A stretch of DNA of 64,000 bases from Eledone cirrhosa (lineage: Eukaryota), in NCBI GenBank assembly GCA_964016885.1, contig OZ024740.1, positions 185,876,001-185,940,000 of the forward strand, read 5' to 3'. Positions 1-14,536 of this stretch are shown here, piece after piece. The notes under the pieces are model-generated. The model did no database searches. It saw nothing but the letters and a program-made list of their open reading frames with translations, and was not told where the DNA came from. The number at the start of each line of letters is the position of its first letter. Within the stretch, counting starts at the first letter, position 1. Made by a program: the position numbers and the translations under genes.

Positions 1-56
1 TCGCGTAAGTTCTTCGAAATGCTTTTAATTGACCATACAATGTATTGCAATTTAAC

Positions 57-352
<296 letters not shown>

Positions 353-951
353 TGATGGCTGCCAACTCGTTTTCGAGTACGGCCACTACTTTATATCCAT
401 GTAGGAGAACCCCTACCGATGCGCTGAACGAGTGTGACTTTTTAGTCCAGCCAAAACTCTGGTACAAACACTACACTTGTGACAATTACTGACATATTGT
501 GCTGGGCCCATGGTACCATGTGACGACAAGTGCAGAGAGATCTCCAGATATAAAGCAATGCCTGTGCCGTGAAGCTTTTATAGTGAGCAAAGGCACTGCA
601 CAAAGCCAGTCCCACTCTCTTAACCAAGATGATATTTACCAAAAAGAAGAACAATCAACATCATTGGATACCATCAGGGTTGCAGGTGTTATATCAGAGT
701 TTTCCTTCTCCTAGAATTCTGCCTTGACAAAGGCTAAGGGGTCATCTCTCCCGGTGATTTTGGATGGCCATTGACTCTTAAGAGCTCCTTTGCCCTTTGA
801 CAGGTTTTATATTTAGTCCTGCAGGATGTCCAAAGCCACCCTCCTCACCAAGAAACCTTGGTGGGGTTGCCAGTTTAGTCGCCAACGACCCGACCTTGAG
901 ACAGGTTGTACTGGGATACATGTTACCAGTAGCACCAACTGGTGACCTGAC
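353..951 (-). mobile_element. Non-autonomous RTE-type LINE derivative (5' UTR joined to 3' end)
   Basis: Minus strand has the RTE 5'UTR-like motif CTAGGAGAAGGAAAACTCTGA, a terminal zinc-finger remnant [23 protein letters not shown], and a 3' tail GTACTCGAAAACGAGTTGGCAGCCATC running into (TA)n. Confidence 0.65.
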
Positions 952-989
952 ATATACATATATACACACATTCATACATATACACACAT

Positions 990-1096
<107 letters not shown>

Positions 1097-1183
1097 AATA
1101 TACATATATACACACATTCATACATATACACATATACACACACACATATACACACAGACATACATACATACACATACACAGAT

Positions 1184-1268
<85 letters not shown>

Positions 1269-1319
1269 TATGTATATGTATGCAGAGGTTATATTTAATT
1301 TGTTGCGATTATAAAACAA

Positions 1320-1435
1320 ATCTGTACTTGATATGATGAAAGCGCACCATAATTTGCCTTGGTTGCCCTTGAAATAAGTATAATAATATAAATATGGTTT
1401 TATAAATATAGTTTCCATTTATTAATATATTGTAT
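1320..1435 (+). repeat. Diverged single arm of the family-A hammerhead element
   Basis: Aligns to 1825-1938 and 52425-52530 (shared CCTTGAAATA...ATATGGTTTTATAAATATAGTTTCCATTT). Core degenerate (ATGATGA). Confidence 0.8.
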
Positions 1436-1454
1436 ATATACATGTATATATATA

Positions 1455-1545
1455 TATTGTTATACTTTGGGAGCGTCATGTTGCCAATAATAAACACACG
1501 CACCAGTTGTTTCACTTCAATTTATTATAATAAATTTATGAATTT
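1455..1545 (-). repeat. End fragment of the 62022-62564 palindromic family
   Basis: ATGTTGCCAATAA..ACACACGCACCAGTTGTTTCACTTCAATTTATTATAA shared with about 62045-62097. Confidence 0.85.
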
Positions 1546-1580
1546 AGGAATTTATAACGAAATATATATATATATATATA

Positions 1581-1938
1581 TATACAATATTAACAAATGG
1601 AAACTATATTTATAAAACCATATTTATTTCATTATACATATTTCAAGGATACCAAGTTAAATTATGGTATGCCTTCATCAGACAAAATACAATATATACC
1701 AATTTTATAAATAAAAATTGTCGTACCCTTTCAAAATGCGACCATTACTTTTGGAAGACATCAGGATAGTGGTTTGTTTATTTTAGTAAGTCGTAGTGTT
1801 AAGGATAAGTAAAAAACTGGTATATATTGTATTTTGTCTGATGAAGGCATACCATAATTTAACTTGGTATCCTTGAAATATGTATAATGAAATAAATATG
1901 GTTTTATAAATATAGTTTCCATTTGTTAATATCGTATA
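1581..1938. mobile_element. TA-flanked palindromic element, family A (about 121-bp arms, 1 mismatch)
   Basis: 1581-1701 is the reverse complement of 1818-1938. Confidence 0.92.
1823..1899 (+). ncRNA. Minimal type-I hammerhead ribozyme motif (identical mirror copy on minus strand, 1620-1696)
   Basis: UAUUUUGU-CUGAUGA-AGGCAUACCA..UGGUAUCCUU-GAAA-UAUGUA-UA-AUGAAAUA. Stems I and II pair. Confidence 0.75.
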
Positions 1939-2018
1939 TCTACTCCAAATACTTGTCGAGTGCTTTATATCAGTTATAAAAATATTTACTTGTATCCCAA
2001 CAATTTAAATAGAACTTT

Positions 2019-2124
<106 letters not shown>

Positions 2125-2131
2125 CACATTT

Positions 2132-2185
2132 ATAGAAATTAAAAGATGGTTAAAAAAGTTCTCTATATTTTATTATGCGCATTTC
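2132..2185 (-). repeat. 3' fragment of the 57691-58050 family (GAAATGCGCATAATAAAATA)
   Basis: Matches about 57706-57752. Confidence 0.75.
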
Positions 2186-2259
2186 ATATATCTATACATC
2201 TATATCTATGTGTATATATGTGTGTATGTGTGTATGTATGCATATGTGTATGTATGTGA

Positions 2260-2335
<76 letters not shown>

Positions 2336-2426
2336 GTATATATACATTTATTTGTCTGTGTGTGTGTGTACATGTAAGTATATGTATGTATCTATGAGTG
2401 TATATGTGTATATGTATGAATGTGTG

Positions 2427-2474
<48 letters not shown>

Positions 2475-2482
2475 TATATATA

Positions 2483-2558
<76 letters not shown>

Positions 2559-2568
2559 CGTGTGTGTA

Positions 2569-2645
<77 letters not shown>

Positions 2646-2754
2646 ATATATGTGTATATGTGTATATGTTTTTGTATATGTTTGTACTAGTTTGTATATG
2701 TTTATATTTATATATATATGTGTGTGTGAGTGTCTGTGAATATGTCTGTTCACA

Positions 2755-3095
2755 TCTGAAATATAGCTTAAGACAAACATGACAATAAAGACAGGCACCC
2801 AATATTTGAACTTGTTTATAGAATTATCTCTGCCTTTGTCACTCTAAGTAGAGCTTTAAAGAATTAGCTTTTAAAGAATTTCCCTTTTCTTTAAACCCAT
2901 AAACAATGACTGACCCCCAACCATCTTATAGACACCTGAAATATAGGCATTGTTGGCTTAAGAGAAACTTAAAATTAAGGAGTGGCACCCCAATTTGAAC
3001 TTCTTTATAGAATTCTTTCTGCCTTTGTCACTCTAAATATAAATGATAGCTTCAAAGAATTAGCTTTTAATGAATTCCCTTTTCTTTCAACCAAT
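2755..3095 (+). repeat. Diverged tandem duplication, about 180-bp unit
   Basis: TTTATAGAATT..TCTGCCTTTGTCACTCTAA..AAAGAATTAGCTTTTAA occurs at about 2815 and 3005. Confidence 0.85.
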
Positions 3096-3289
3096 GACCT
3101 CCACCCATCCCACTCCCCACCCTCTCCTACCACCAGAAAAGTGATAAATGCCACCACATTTATTGATTTCTCAAGAATGAAAAAGTTCTAGTCCTGTAGA
3201 ATCTCATCTATATTAAAACTGTTATACTCTGCTGTGTACTGAGTACCTTACTTACTGTGGTTACCACCGATTCAGCCCGGAATAACTTA

Positions 3290-3361
<72 letters not shown>

Positions 3362-3365
<4 letters not shown>

Positions 3366-3455
3366 TGCTTCAGCTGTTAAATGCTGCGAGTGAAAGAGGC
3401 TTGGTATGGCGCCGGGTGGTAGGAGGATGGCTAAACAATCTTGGCTTGGCTTGGT
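3362..3455 (+). mobile_element. Probable RTE LINE 3' end with (CTTGG)n tail
   Basis: LLQLLNAASERGLVWRRVV resembles the RTE C-terminal A.DR..WR motif and is followed by three CTTGG repeats. Confidence 0.4.
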
Positions 3456-6309
3456 AATAAATCTTCCTTCTTGCACTTCGTTTGATGTTAATTTCCCATT
3501 ATTAAAGTATTGGTTATGTAACGATAAAATGCTTATACATCAACATTTGCAACATACTTTCTACCAATTACAAATTAATTTATTTTTCATTGTTGATTTT
3601 GTTTACTTCAAGATTTAACGTATAATTAAATGTTAACGATGTTAAGCAATTATTGAATTGATAAACTAACACATTGAATATTGAAAAAGAGATATTAGTA
3701 AACGATATTACACATCTCTCAATCCATCCTTGTTATGGATTTGTATTTTTGTTTGTTCTTCTCATCCATTACAGATATCCCTGGGCTCTACTAAAATGAG
3801 TTTCCCGTGAACGGGAAAGTGGTGATTGTTAATTTTAACAGCATGTGTTCAGCAGTTCCAAACTAGTTTCTATGGGACTGACAGGTGCGTCTCTAGATTC
3901 ATGCATTTTGGAAACCATTGTGAGGCGAGACGATAATTTTACGTTACATCCGGTTGGCTTTGATGGGTGGTGATATTTGTAATGTTACCTTAATATTTCA
4001 TCTGTTGTATGGAGTATGGAATGATGTTTTGTTATTTTATTTGATGGTGATTGTGATTCATATATGTTATAATGTCTAAAATCTGTCTTGAGCCCGAGAG
4101 TTCATCAGGCCGGTGCTTATCTTAGTTTCTTTGGCGCGAAGTGACTGAGGATTTAAGACTCACCACTGGAGAGGACGCCAGTTGCTTGTAGGGTTAAAGG
4201 TCTAGTTATTACTGGTATTATGTTTCAGCTGAAGGGCCTAATTTTAGGGTGTCGGACTTACCATCGTGAGTTGTGTGCTGTCTTCTTAAGTAAAACACTT
4301 CATTTCACGTTGCCCTGGGAAATTCCACTAATGTGTGTTGCTGTCTTGTGTTTACTGCATTGTGTGTAGGCTACATGGCTTGCATTATGTTATTGAATAG
4401 TGCATCGATTATGCAAGTGTATGCGTTGTGATAGTATATTTGAGGGAGAATGTATATAGTATGTGTCACGTGGGTTGTATTTTTTGTTTGGGAGTGTGGC
4501 TCTAGTGGTGAACGTGGAGTATTACATGATGTTATTTGATTGGGGTGTGTGTAGAAGGTTTATTATGCAATGTTCTGAAACATTATTCTGTGAGTTTGGT
4601 TACTTAACTGTGTATGCTATGTATCTTTTCTGGGCCTTTATGAAAGCTATTCATTGTATGCGTGTAGATCTATGGTCCCAGGTATAGGTGTAGATCTATG
4701 ACCGAAGACTTATTAATCTGTTCATTATGAGAATTGCGTTGGTATTGTTTTCGTTATAAATACTGTTATTTTGGTCGATGTGATCCGTGATACAGCAAAT
4801 GTATCTCAAACGTTTTTCCTCCAGTAACTATCGTATATTTTCCCAAGTTTCTATATACGCAGTGCTACATTATACAATGTGCCATGTTTCGAATGGGGGA
4901 GAATTGTGTGATAGAAAGAAAAGTGTCTGTTATATTTATCTCGATAAGCGACTAAGTAGAAACTTCCGATTCGCCTCGATGAGCAATGTTTTATGCTCTG
5001 AAATATAATGATGCTTTAATTGCTCTTCAAATAATACAGTTGTTGTACATCCAATTCTCTTGAGCCAGTCTAAGAATCGAACTAGGCATTTCATTATAGC
5101 AATTTACGATCTTCTTTAATTTCGATGGTTATGGTGGTGGTATGCATGCATTTCGAACTACCTATTGCATTTGTGTGTGAGTGATCAACTTGCAGAAATG
5201 CATGGATACGTACTTACAGTGTGTAATAAATGAGAATTAGATTATCTATTTTCATCCTCATAGCAATAATTCTAGATAAGTTACGATCAGCTGCTACGGA
5301 GAAATACGATGCGAACTCCATGCAGAATGTGAATGCAATCTCTTTGAAATACTAGTTACATGCAATGATTCGCATGGATAATATTGTACATCAGACCGTT
5401 CAGATTTTATTAGCTTTCATCAAACCTACACTGAAATATTATGAGGTCATAAAGGAACAAAGTAAAAAGCCAGTTCCGAAGTTAATAACAACATACGTTA
5501 TATATTTCGTGTGTCTGCTTCAGAATTACTGCATTTATTTGCCAACTAGCTATTAGACTTCAGGATGCTTTGATACAGTGCATAAAGCTAGTCTCATAAA
5601 ATATCCTGTATAATATGAAACAGTGAGCAGAAATTGTGATAGCAGAAGTTTAGCAATTGGATTTCTTAAAATATCAAACCTATTCCAATACAAACATCAT
5701 TATATATCAGTATCCCTAATCTAATATGTAGACAATGTATTTGTTTTATGTATTGATTTCATATTATATTTTCTATAATCGATATGCGTTACAATCTCTA
5801 ATTAATCGAAATCGAAATGTGACTAATTGCTTCTCTGACCATATTTGCTATTGTTTTCTGAAGAGTTTCGTAATTGTTTCTTAAATCCTTTTGATGTTTC
5901 ACTCATAGCAGAGTCAATGCCACTTTTCGGAATCTTCAAGGCATTGCCTAGTTCTTGGTTTTATACATCTTATTGCAAAGTAAAACATTAGGTGCGATTA
6001 CAAATTTCTTGAAACTATGAAATATGTTTAAATTCTCCTTCATTATTCTAGTTACTCATTCTACATTTCTACTTTTCTAAATCTTTCAAATTCCCGAAAG
6101 GCGTATTCCTTTTCAAATAATTGCAACAAACTTTCGGATGCAGAACATATACGCCGGGTATTTGAATAAGAATAAATAAAGTTCATGATTAAAGTACTTG
6201 GAAAAATCCGAGGTGCACTTGAATCAATCCCTGAAGTTTTTGGTAAAAGGCAGTAGATTTCATTTAAATTAAATATATATGAAGTCATATCTTCAATCGG
6301 TTTTCAACT

Positions 6310-6443
6310 CATCTTCAGCTGAATATACTGGAGCCACGTGAAATTAAGTTTTGTGCACGAAAACACAACACGCAACCCAGAATCCGAACCCACGACCTTA
6401 TGAACGTAAATCCAACTCCCTTATTACTAGGACACGTGCCTCC
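6310..6443 (-). mobile_element. tRNA-derived SINE (head plus CORE-like body)
   Basis: Minus strand GGAGGCACGTGTCCTAGT (A-box-like), GGTTCGGATTC (B-box-like), then TTGTGTTTTCGTGCACAAAACTTAATTTCAC. Confidence 0.65.
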
Positions 6444-9400
6444 ACTATATATATATATTTATATTTTTAACTTCGTTCTCTCTCTCCCCTTTGTTACTTA
6501 CTTACATGTGCCATTGTCCTGTGTTTCCCCCTTCTATCGGTATGTTTTTTACTTTTTTTCTCTTTTATTTCTTTATTTCTCACTCTTCGCTATCGCCTCG
6601 TTTTCGTCTTTTCTTTCCCTCATTACTTATTGATAATAAGTTATGGGCGCACCTCGGATAAATGTATTGTCTATAATGCGCTGAAATATCCGTAACCCGT
6701 GGTAGACAACTGATGAAGGAAAAATGTCTATCTGTTGTTTGTGTTCCCTTAACTTTCTAACAATTATTCATTGACTCGTTAAAATATATATAATTCTATA
6801 TTAAATAACTGAATGTAATGAACTTTCCTTTTCTTAAATTAGTATGATTCATTTCAATTCAAATCGCTTATTTTCATTCGATACATTGGCGTGGTAACTT
6901 TCGGAATAGTTTACAAAGAATAAACAATTATTCATATTTTTTAAAATACAAACGATTTCTCATGAATTATATACTTTACTTAAAAAGCCAATTACTCTCT
7001 AAATACAAAACGATGCTGCATAGAATACTATTTATTCAGTCAATCTACAATAGATGTAAATTCGTCATATTTTTCCCTGTTTGAAAACAATTTATCATAT
7101 ATTTTCAGAAGAATACACCATTGTTCTGTATATAATACATGTACTGTAATATAATGATTTCTGATTTAGGCACAAGGCCAACAATTTAGCGAAGGGGAAA
7201 GTCGATTAAATCGGCTTCGGCGCATTACTGGTGCATTATATATCGCTTATTTCTTCCTATGTTCACATTACTTTTTTTTTGCGATAAAGAAAACCAATTT
7301 AATTAAACTTTGGCCACAAAGAAAAGTTTGTGTTTTGTTTCGAAATTATTTTTACTGACGAAAAGGTCAATTTCGTTTTTTTTTTGTTGTTCTTTCTTTT
7401 TTTAATACTTCCTAGGTGAAAACGGGGGGTGAAAAACATCTTGATCATGGTTTAGATTGATATAAAAATCCACATCGACAGACTAACAGAATGTCAGAAC
7501 AGAACGCTTTACTGTTTCAGTGGACTTATTCCTCATTCTCTCGTGTTGTTTTTGTTTTATATTGTGTAATATTTTCTTTTAATTTATATTTTATGTATGA
7601 AGACTGTTTTTGCAGTAATTCCGTTGGAAGTGTTTCACTGCGAATCTGAGCCTCGCTAATCAATCTGTTCAATTTGTTTGGATTTTTCTAGCTAAAATCA
7701 TAACGGAAATTAATGGGGAAATTATATTTATAAAATAACTTTACTAGCGAGTAAATTTTTATTCGGCTTTTGAAAGTTACAGATGACTCGTTCATCTTTG
7801 TGGCCTTAAATAAAAGCTGAACCATAGATATATTCAACTACAGCAGATAACAGTACGAATATTACGATTTATATATTCTATATCAATCTGCATGTGATAT
7901 AAACAGTTCCTATGAATCCAACACACATTCTCATTGCAATGTAAATCACCAACGTAACACAGTGTCCTTCATATTTTCAATGAATGATATAAAACGCAGA
8001 TTATGTTGATGATGAGCTTTCTACAGTAGAAACCTAACATATGTAGAGTGTTGGACATATATGCAGACACGAAACCTTTTTCTTCATTGTATAATGCAAG
8101 TCTTGTATAATAGATTGCATCTCCTTTTTTCTCCGGTCGTATTTCTATTTCTATTTTCAATGAATAACATAAAAACGTAGAGAAAAATAAACGAGGTTTA
8201 TTCCAGGCTACGAGCAAACGAATACAGAAATCATCCATTCTGGCTATTGATCACAAATCTCATAGAGTTTGTTTTTCGAGATATTTGTAATGTCGATGTG
8301 AAATGCTGAATATCATCATCATGCATCGCTTCCTGAAATCACATAAGCCCAGGAAATTGCCTTGCTATAAAGATGTAAGATGCTTTAGCAATAACTAGAA
8401 AACAATATAAAATGCTAATGTCATTTGATATATGAAACGTTGGCTATTTCATGAAACATTTGTAGATATTAAAGATCGTCAACATTCAGCCTACATAAAT
8501 TGCACTTGAATCAATACCACCCCTCCCCGTAATATATAGTATAAAGTAAAATAAAATGTGTAAAACGAACGTAACTGTGTGACACGAAACCAACTTGATT
8601 TTTCTGTTGTATGGTTAATATTTGCTGCAGATATATCTTCCTAATGAAATACGATGTTAGAAAGAAAACAAATAGACATATAGAGAGATATACATTTGCA
8701 TATAGAAGTACTTCTGTGGCAATATGAACGCATCTACCAAGTAGTTAAAACAGATAGGTATAACTGCCATCAAATCGTAATATCGTCTTATTGTAATATC
8801 TTCATGTCGTCATATCGGTTTCAAAACGCACATTAACCTTTAAAATGAAAATGGTAAATACATTGGATGACGAAAGTCTTGATGCAAAAATACATTTGAA
8901 ATAAACAAAGAACTGTAAGACCACGAGTGAATAACTTTAGGTCATAGGTCTGTTTAAACAAAGCTAACCTAACGAAACAACGGTGTAATATCAAATACAT
9001 GTTACCACCTAAAAAAATTAAAAAATTCCAAGTTTACTCTAAAGTATCATTTAATAACTTGGGAACGAATTTAATGTTACTTAAATGCTTGGTAATGCTT
9101 CAATCCTTGGTAAGAGTAACACATATCACATTTGTTTAGTAATCCCCTGAACCAATGATGTTTGTTATGGCAGTCTCAATATACGTATAATATATGTGAG
9201 CTAGAGCAGAAAACAATCAGAGAAATAGTTGAATAAGTAATATACTAATCGATGGAATATCTACTTCATTAACATATTAAATTACATGGCATGTCCTGGC
9301 GCTATCATGGGAGTAGATTAACAGATGGTAAAATTATATATAACCATAATATCTATCAAAGCATCCATACTGTATTATATCTGTATGGTGCTTGAATGCA

Positions 9401-12400
9401 TTCAGGAAATAAGCACCGTGCATGCTACTATCTCTATTCTAGCCATTATGTCCGTTTAGCAGTTGACATCCTGTTACCTTTATATATATGCATACGCGTG
9501 AGTGTTTGTGTGTGTGGGGTGTCACATACAGATAAAAGGACTAAAGTTGCTGTGATTATTTCATGTTCTACTGAAAATACTGAATCGAATCATTATAAAT
9601 CAAACACGGGTAATTAACCTTTCTAACAAGGCTAGCTTAAAATTCTTTCGGCTATCGTCAATTAGAGATAGCTATGTGGTTCACGGTTACTCGAATCAGC
9701 ATCATAACTTACATCTGTCTACGTATAGTATAAACTTTACATCTATTCCACAATTATCAACGACTAATTACTTATTAAGTATAATAACTAATATTCAAGC
9801 AAATAACGTAGGTTATACGTGGTTGCCCGACACGCTTGAAATAATCACCACTTACTATTTTAAAAAGGAGGAAAATAATGTACAAAGTGGTAATGGATGC
9901 AATAGATCTAGGACATATACAAGATTTTCGTGCAGGGAGGAACTTGTATTGCTCGATTACATATAGTAACAACAATAGTTGAATCTTCTCATGCTTGAAT
10001 TCCATTTATATGCATCAATATTAAATGTGTACCATTAAATATAACCTAATTGTCATAATTCTAAATTTCAAACTTTTTCTTGGCCTACCGATTCGGTGGA
10101 GGCTCGTGGGAACAAACACCTCAAACACGGCTTCCCGCTGCTCATGCACAAATTAACTGTCCCTAATTTATGCTGCAGGACCCCAAGCAAGACCAGCCAA
10201 GTTCATGGATATTATCCAAACATTTTGCCCGGGGTCTATTCCTTGGACTCCTGCCGGTGAAGTTTGCCCTTAAAATCTGTCTATCGATTCATTCTTGACA
10301 CATTGTACCACATGTTCTTAATATCGGAACTGTGATGTTTGGATTCGGAGCGTCTCCCTAATCTACGTACTATGCACTCTATCGTGTAACGTTACTTCAA
10401 TAAACTTTCGGAGAACGTCGCTGTATCAGCGATCGTATTCCTTCGGTAATTATACAAGATTTATGAGCATATGTAAAGTTGGGCGCGAATTCTGAATTGA
10501 AGATAGCGAGTTTGGCTTTTATACATACCTCACTATTTTAATGAATTGATGATGAGACTGGCGCATTATTCCACCAATTGTTGCACTTACCTCAGCTGTC
10601 GTTGCCTTACACAACACCTAAAATGAGTTTAGATGTATTTGAACTTCACCCGCTTCACTGGAATTCCACCACATGTAGTGTGCACATGTTGGTCTTGTTT
10701 AACAATACGTGACCAGTGTTATCAGCAGATTCCAGGTGACGGATCCTACCTCGACCAGCTGTCTTGGTACAACTTCCAACCCATCTCCGCATGTCAATCA
10801 TGTTCCTGGGAGACTTAAGAAGGAGATTATTCTATAATTAGAGCCATCTGCCCCGTTTACCGTTTTAAAAATTAGGATTATCACTACTAATTGCCATTGC
10901 TTTCCAGAGATTCAGGCCACATGGCACACACAAACCAGCCAGGTAATACTGTCTCTCTTTAAGGGTTTTTACATTTAGGCCGAATTTCATCCTCCCTAGA
11001 GGCCTTTCCACATTTGAGCTCTTTAATTGCTCTGCTGAGTTCAGACTCCGCAAATTTAGTAATCCTTTCCATATGCACCTATTTTGCAACATAAAATCAT
11101 GTTCTCACGGGCTTTAGAAGATCAGCAAAGTATTCTCCCCAACTCACGAGTCTGCATTTTACTGAAGAGAGAAGAACCACTGACCCAACTGAGGAAATCT
11201 CTGAATTTGCATACAGTTGTATATGTGTACCTGGTGCTGACTTCCTTATCCTCCAACGCTTCCCACTTTATCCACCACCCTCAGAGATCTTTCAGTGAGC
11301 CTAAGCTTCAGAAAGCAAACATCACTTCCAAGGGGATCCAGTATACAACACATTCCGACAGTTGGGGACTAGTGAATATCCCACTCCCACCTGTGCAATC
11401 ATTTCTGGCATTGCATCTGAATAATGGCGTTTCCATCCGCCATCCAAATCTACAATACCAGAGCTATCAAACTTTCTTAAGGAAACTTAGACTTTATCTA
11501 GCCGGTAGCATCTGTCCTCCTCCACCTCCTCCACTAGTTCCTGTTCCTTATCTGCAAGTGTTGTAACGTTCCAGTTATCAATTGCTGAGTTTTTCTTCCT
11601 TCTCATCCCTCTTTGTTATCCCGGGATAAACAACCATTTTGCGCCAATTCCACGTCTCCCAGGGCAGGTCACATCCCCATCGCCAGTTCTCACAGCATTG
11701 GATTTAGACTGCAATATACTTTTTCAAACAGTCCCCCACCCTCTAAAGCATAAACGCATTCCTTGTTATCACACACAAAGCTGGATATGAAGATGATTTT
11801 TAACTGCATCTAACCACATTGCTGTGATTTGGTGGTCGTATTTGCGCCAGTTACCAATACATTGACATTGTTTTGTTTTAACGGAGATCCTTTCTCGCAT
11901 TGTCGTAGCTACATTCCTGTAATGTAAGAGTTGGCTTGAGAGCTAACATTGCCACCCATTGTTTAATCTCCCCAGTAGTTTATCGCTATTGGTCCTGGGT
12001 TGTTTATTCGTCCGGCGGGAAACCACTTATATCACACCTAACCATCGTATTTGGTGTCCATATCAATATTCAACCCCTGTGACTTGTTCTCTAGCAGAAC
12101 AACTCTGCCAAGAACAAACAATATTATTTCCGTAATTACTTTAGCTGTTTGTGTTTCTTCTCCAACGGCAAATCAAGGGACTGAATCGATTTAGTGATTT
12201 TTGTTTTCTACCAAATGCTTAATTTTACAATATGACTATCATATTCTTCAAACACTATCAACTTTATCCCTAGAATTCTAATGTTTGAATCTTGCATGGG
12301 GATTTAGAATTCCTGATTTAGGTCAAAGAAAGACGGCTATGCACATATAAAATATTAATCATACCAGAAGTCATTAAGAAATAATCATAACATACTGGCT

Positions 12401-12514
12401 TGTTCAGCATGTGAATCTGTTATTCAATTGCATTGTATGGCTACTCTATTGCACACACGAAAATATGTACTATTGTAATATCGTCGCCGTTACAGCAAAC
12501 ATTAATTAATGGGT

Positions 12515-12722
12515 TTTGATTTAGGCACAAGGCCAACGATTTTGGTTGAGGGCGACAGTCGATTAAATCGATTCCAGTTCATTACTGGTTCTTTATAATC
12601 ACCGTAAAGAGGAAATGTGAAGGCAACCTGGACAGGATTTGAACTCAGATTTTAAATCGACGTAACTCTGTGCCACAAAGCATTTTATCTGACGCTCTAC
12701 TAATGTTGGCAATCCACCCCCA
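12515..12722 (-). mobile_element. tRNA-SINE of the abundant octopus-type family (further partial copies near 7160-7240 and 22990-23120)
   Basis: Reverse complement of CTGAGTTCAAATCC..TTGCCTTCAC....ACCAGTAATG...GGCCTTGTGCCTAAA. Confidence 0.65.
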
Positions 12723-12869
12723 GCAAAAATTAAATAGGACAAGTAAAAACAAAAACAAGAAATTGTAAAATACGAAATGATTTCAATGTTCTGTAGTATT
12801 GTCAACGTTACTTTAGCTGTAAGTAACACTTCTGTCTTTTTCTTCTTATAATGTACCCACAAAACTTCA

Positions 12870-13032
12870 TTAATAAGTGTCGGACGCCATGCTTTGACAT
12901 ATAGAGTTACGGCCCTTGTCATTCTGAGTTCAAATCACTTTGCCTTTCATCCTTACGGGGTCGATAAAATAAAGTACCAGTAATGCACTGGTTTATTGCT
13001 GGCCTTCTGCCAAACGTAGAAACAATTATTAA
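12870..13032 (+). mobile_element. tRNA-SINE, same family
   Basis: TTCTGAGTTCAAATC..CTTTGCCTTTCATCCTTACGGGGTCGATAAAATAAAGTACCAGT...GTAGAAACAATTATT. Confidence 0.75.
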
Positions 13033-13269
13033 GTGTACTATTATTGTCTAGCAGAATGAGCAACCATCTTGGGTCTACCCTTGAAATATGTGTTGTGTTG
13101 AATACATTTTGTCTAGAATACGTTCGTGAACGTCTCATATATTGCCTTTGATATTCTAGTAACGATTTTGAAAATATTATGCATTTAGTTTAGAACTTTA
13201 GCTAATCGCTGGATGGAATGTCATGACAGCATATATATATAAAGATATATATATATATATACATGTGTG

Positions 13270-13301
<32 letters not shown>

Positions 13302-13399
13302 TGCGTACGTGCGTGCGTGCGTGCGTGCGTGCGTGCGTGTTGGCGTGTGTTTCTATGATTATGGTGTTTTAATAAGTGAAACTGAATAAAAACCTCGAT

Positions 13400-13452
13400 T
13401 ATCTAGATCAGTATAATTAGTTACTGCGTAAGTAATTATACTGATCTAGATA
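13400..13452. repeat. Isolated hairpin, 25-bp arms with 1 mismatch and a 3-nt loop
   Basis: TATCTAGATCAGTATAATTAGTTAC-TGC-GTAAGTAATTATACTGATCTAGATA. Confidence 0.9.
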
Positions 13453-14536
13453 TTTGATAAATACAGAAAATAATGTAGAAAACTGACATTTACAGAAAAT
13501 GAAAGTTGTTTTTAAAAATTCATCGATTTTAAAAGTCTTCATGACTATTTTGAGTTAGACATCTTCTTATCAATGCTTTATTTTATATTATTATTTGACA
13601 AATTGAAGTTACTAATCGGGAAGATTGAAGTCTAGTTTTTATTATATTTATTTTCGGAAATAATTATTGCATAACATTTTCCATCTGTTAGTAAATGTCA
13701 TTCGAAAATACCTCCTGAAAGTCTTCAGAAAATACAACGTATTATACAAAATTATTCAAGTTATCGAAATATAATTTATCATATCATGTTTGTTTGTCTT
13801 TACGTAGTTTTCGTAGGTAAGAAATGCAACATATTATAAAAAAGTATGGAATATTATATTCGTGATATAGATATTCTGTATCGTATGGCTTCTTATTAAC
13901 GTTTATCTGTCAGGTTTCCAACTGAAGATAATATTCTTATCATTGAGGTACTGATATTTTAATTTTTCATTATTTGTCTGCCTACACTTATATTATTTAG
14001 TTTTCAAATGCAGTGAAGTATACCTTATACTGCACGAATATCCACATAAATCAAAAGTATTATGCTTTGTCTCTGGGTTCTTTTATTTTCATGTAAAATT
14101 GTAAAACATTAGTATTCATTTAGATTTTAGAATTGTAAGATAGTATTTCTGGCCACAGGAAAAACTCAAACAGTATGCTTTAACGATTTAATTTAGCTAC
14201 AGCTGCCATGTTTACGCTGAGATTGATATGAATATCACCTTATCTTCACTTCATTAATATGAAATATTTCCATTAATAGCAGCTACAGCTGTTTCTCTAG
14301 TTATATATTTATGGGGAATAATTGTTGCTTGCTTCAGATAGCAATACCATTACTTAATTTACAATAACATATACGACTATGTCAAATATTCACGGAAATC
14401 TATCTAAACAGCGAGGCTCTGAACACCAGTAAACACATTGCTACAAATAACAGATCCGTGAATTCATATCGCATTATCAGAATATCATTGCTGAAATGTT
14501 TATGTGTAATTCATATTACACCTCTTCCTCGCGCAG

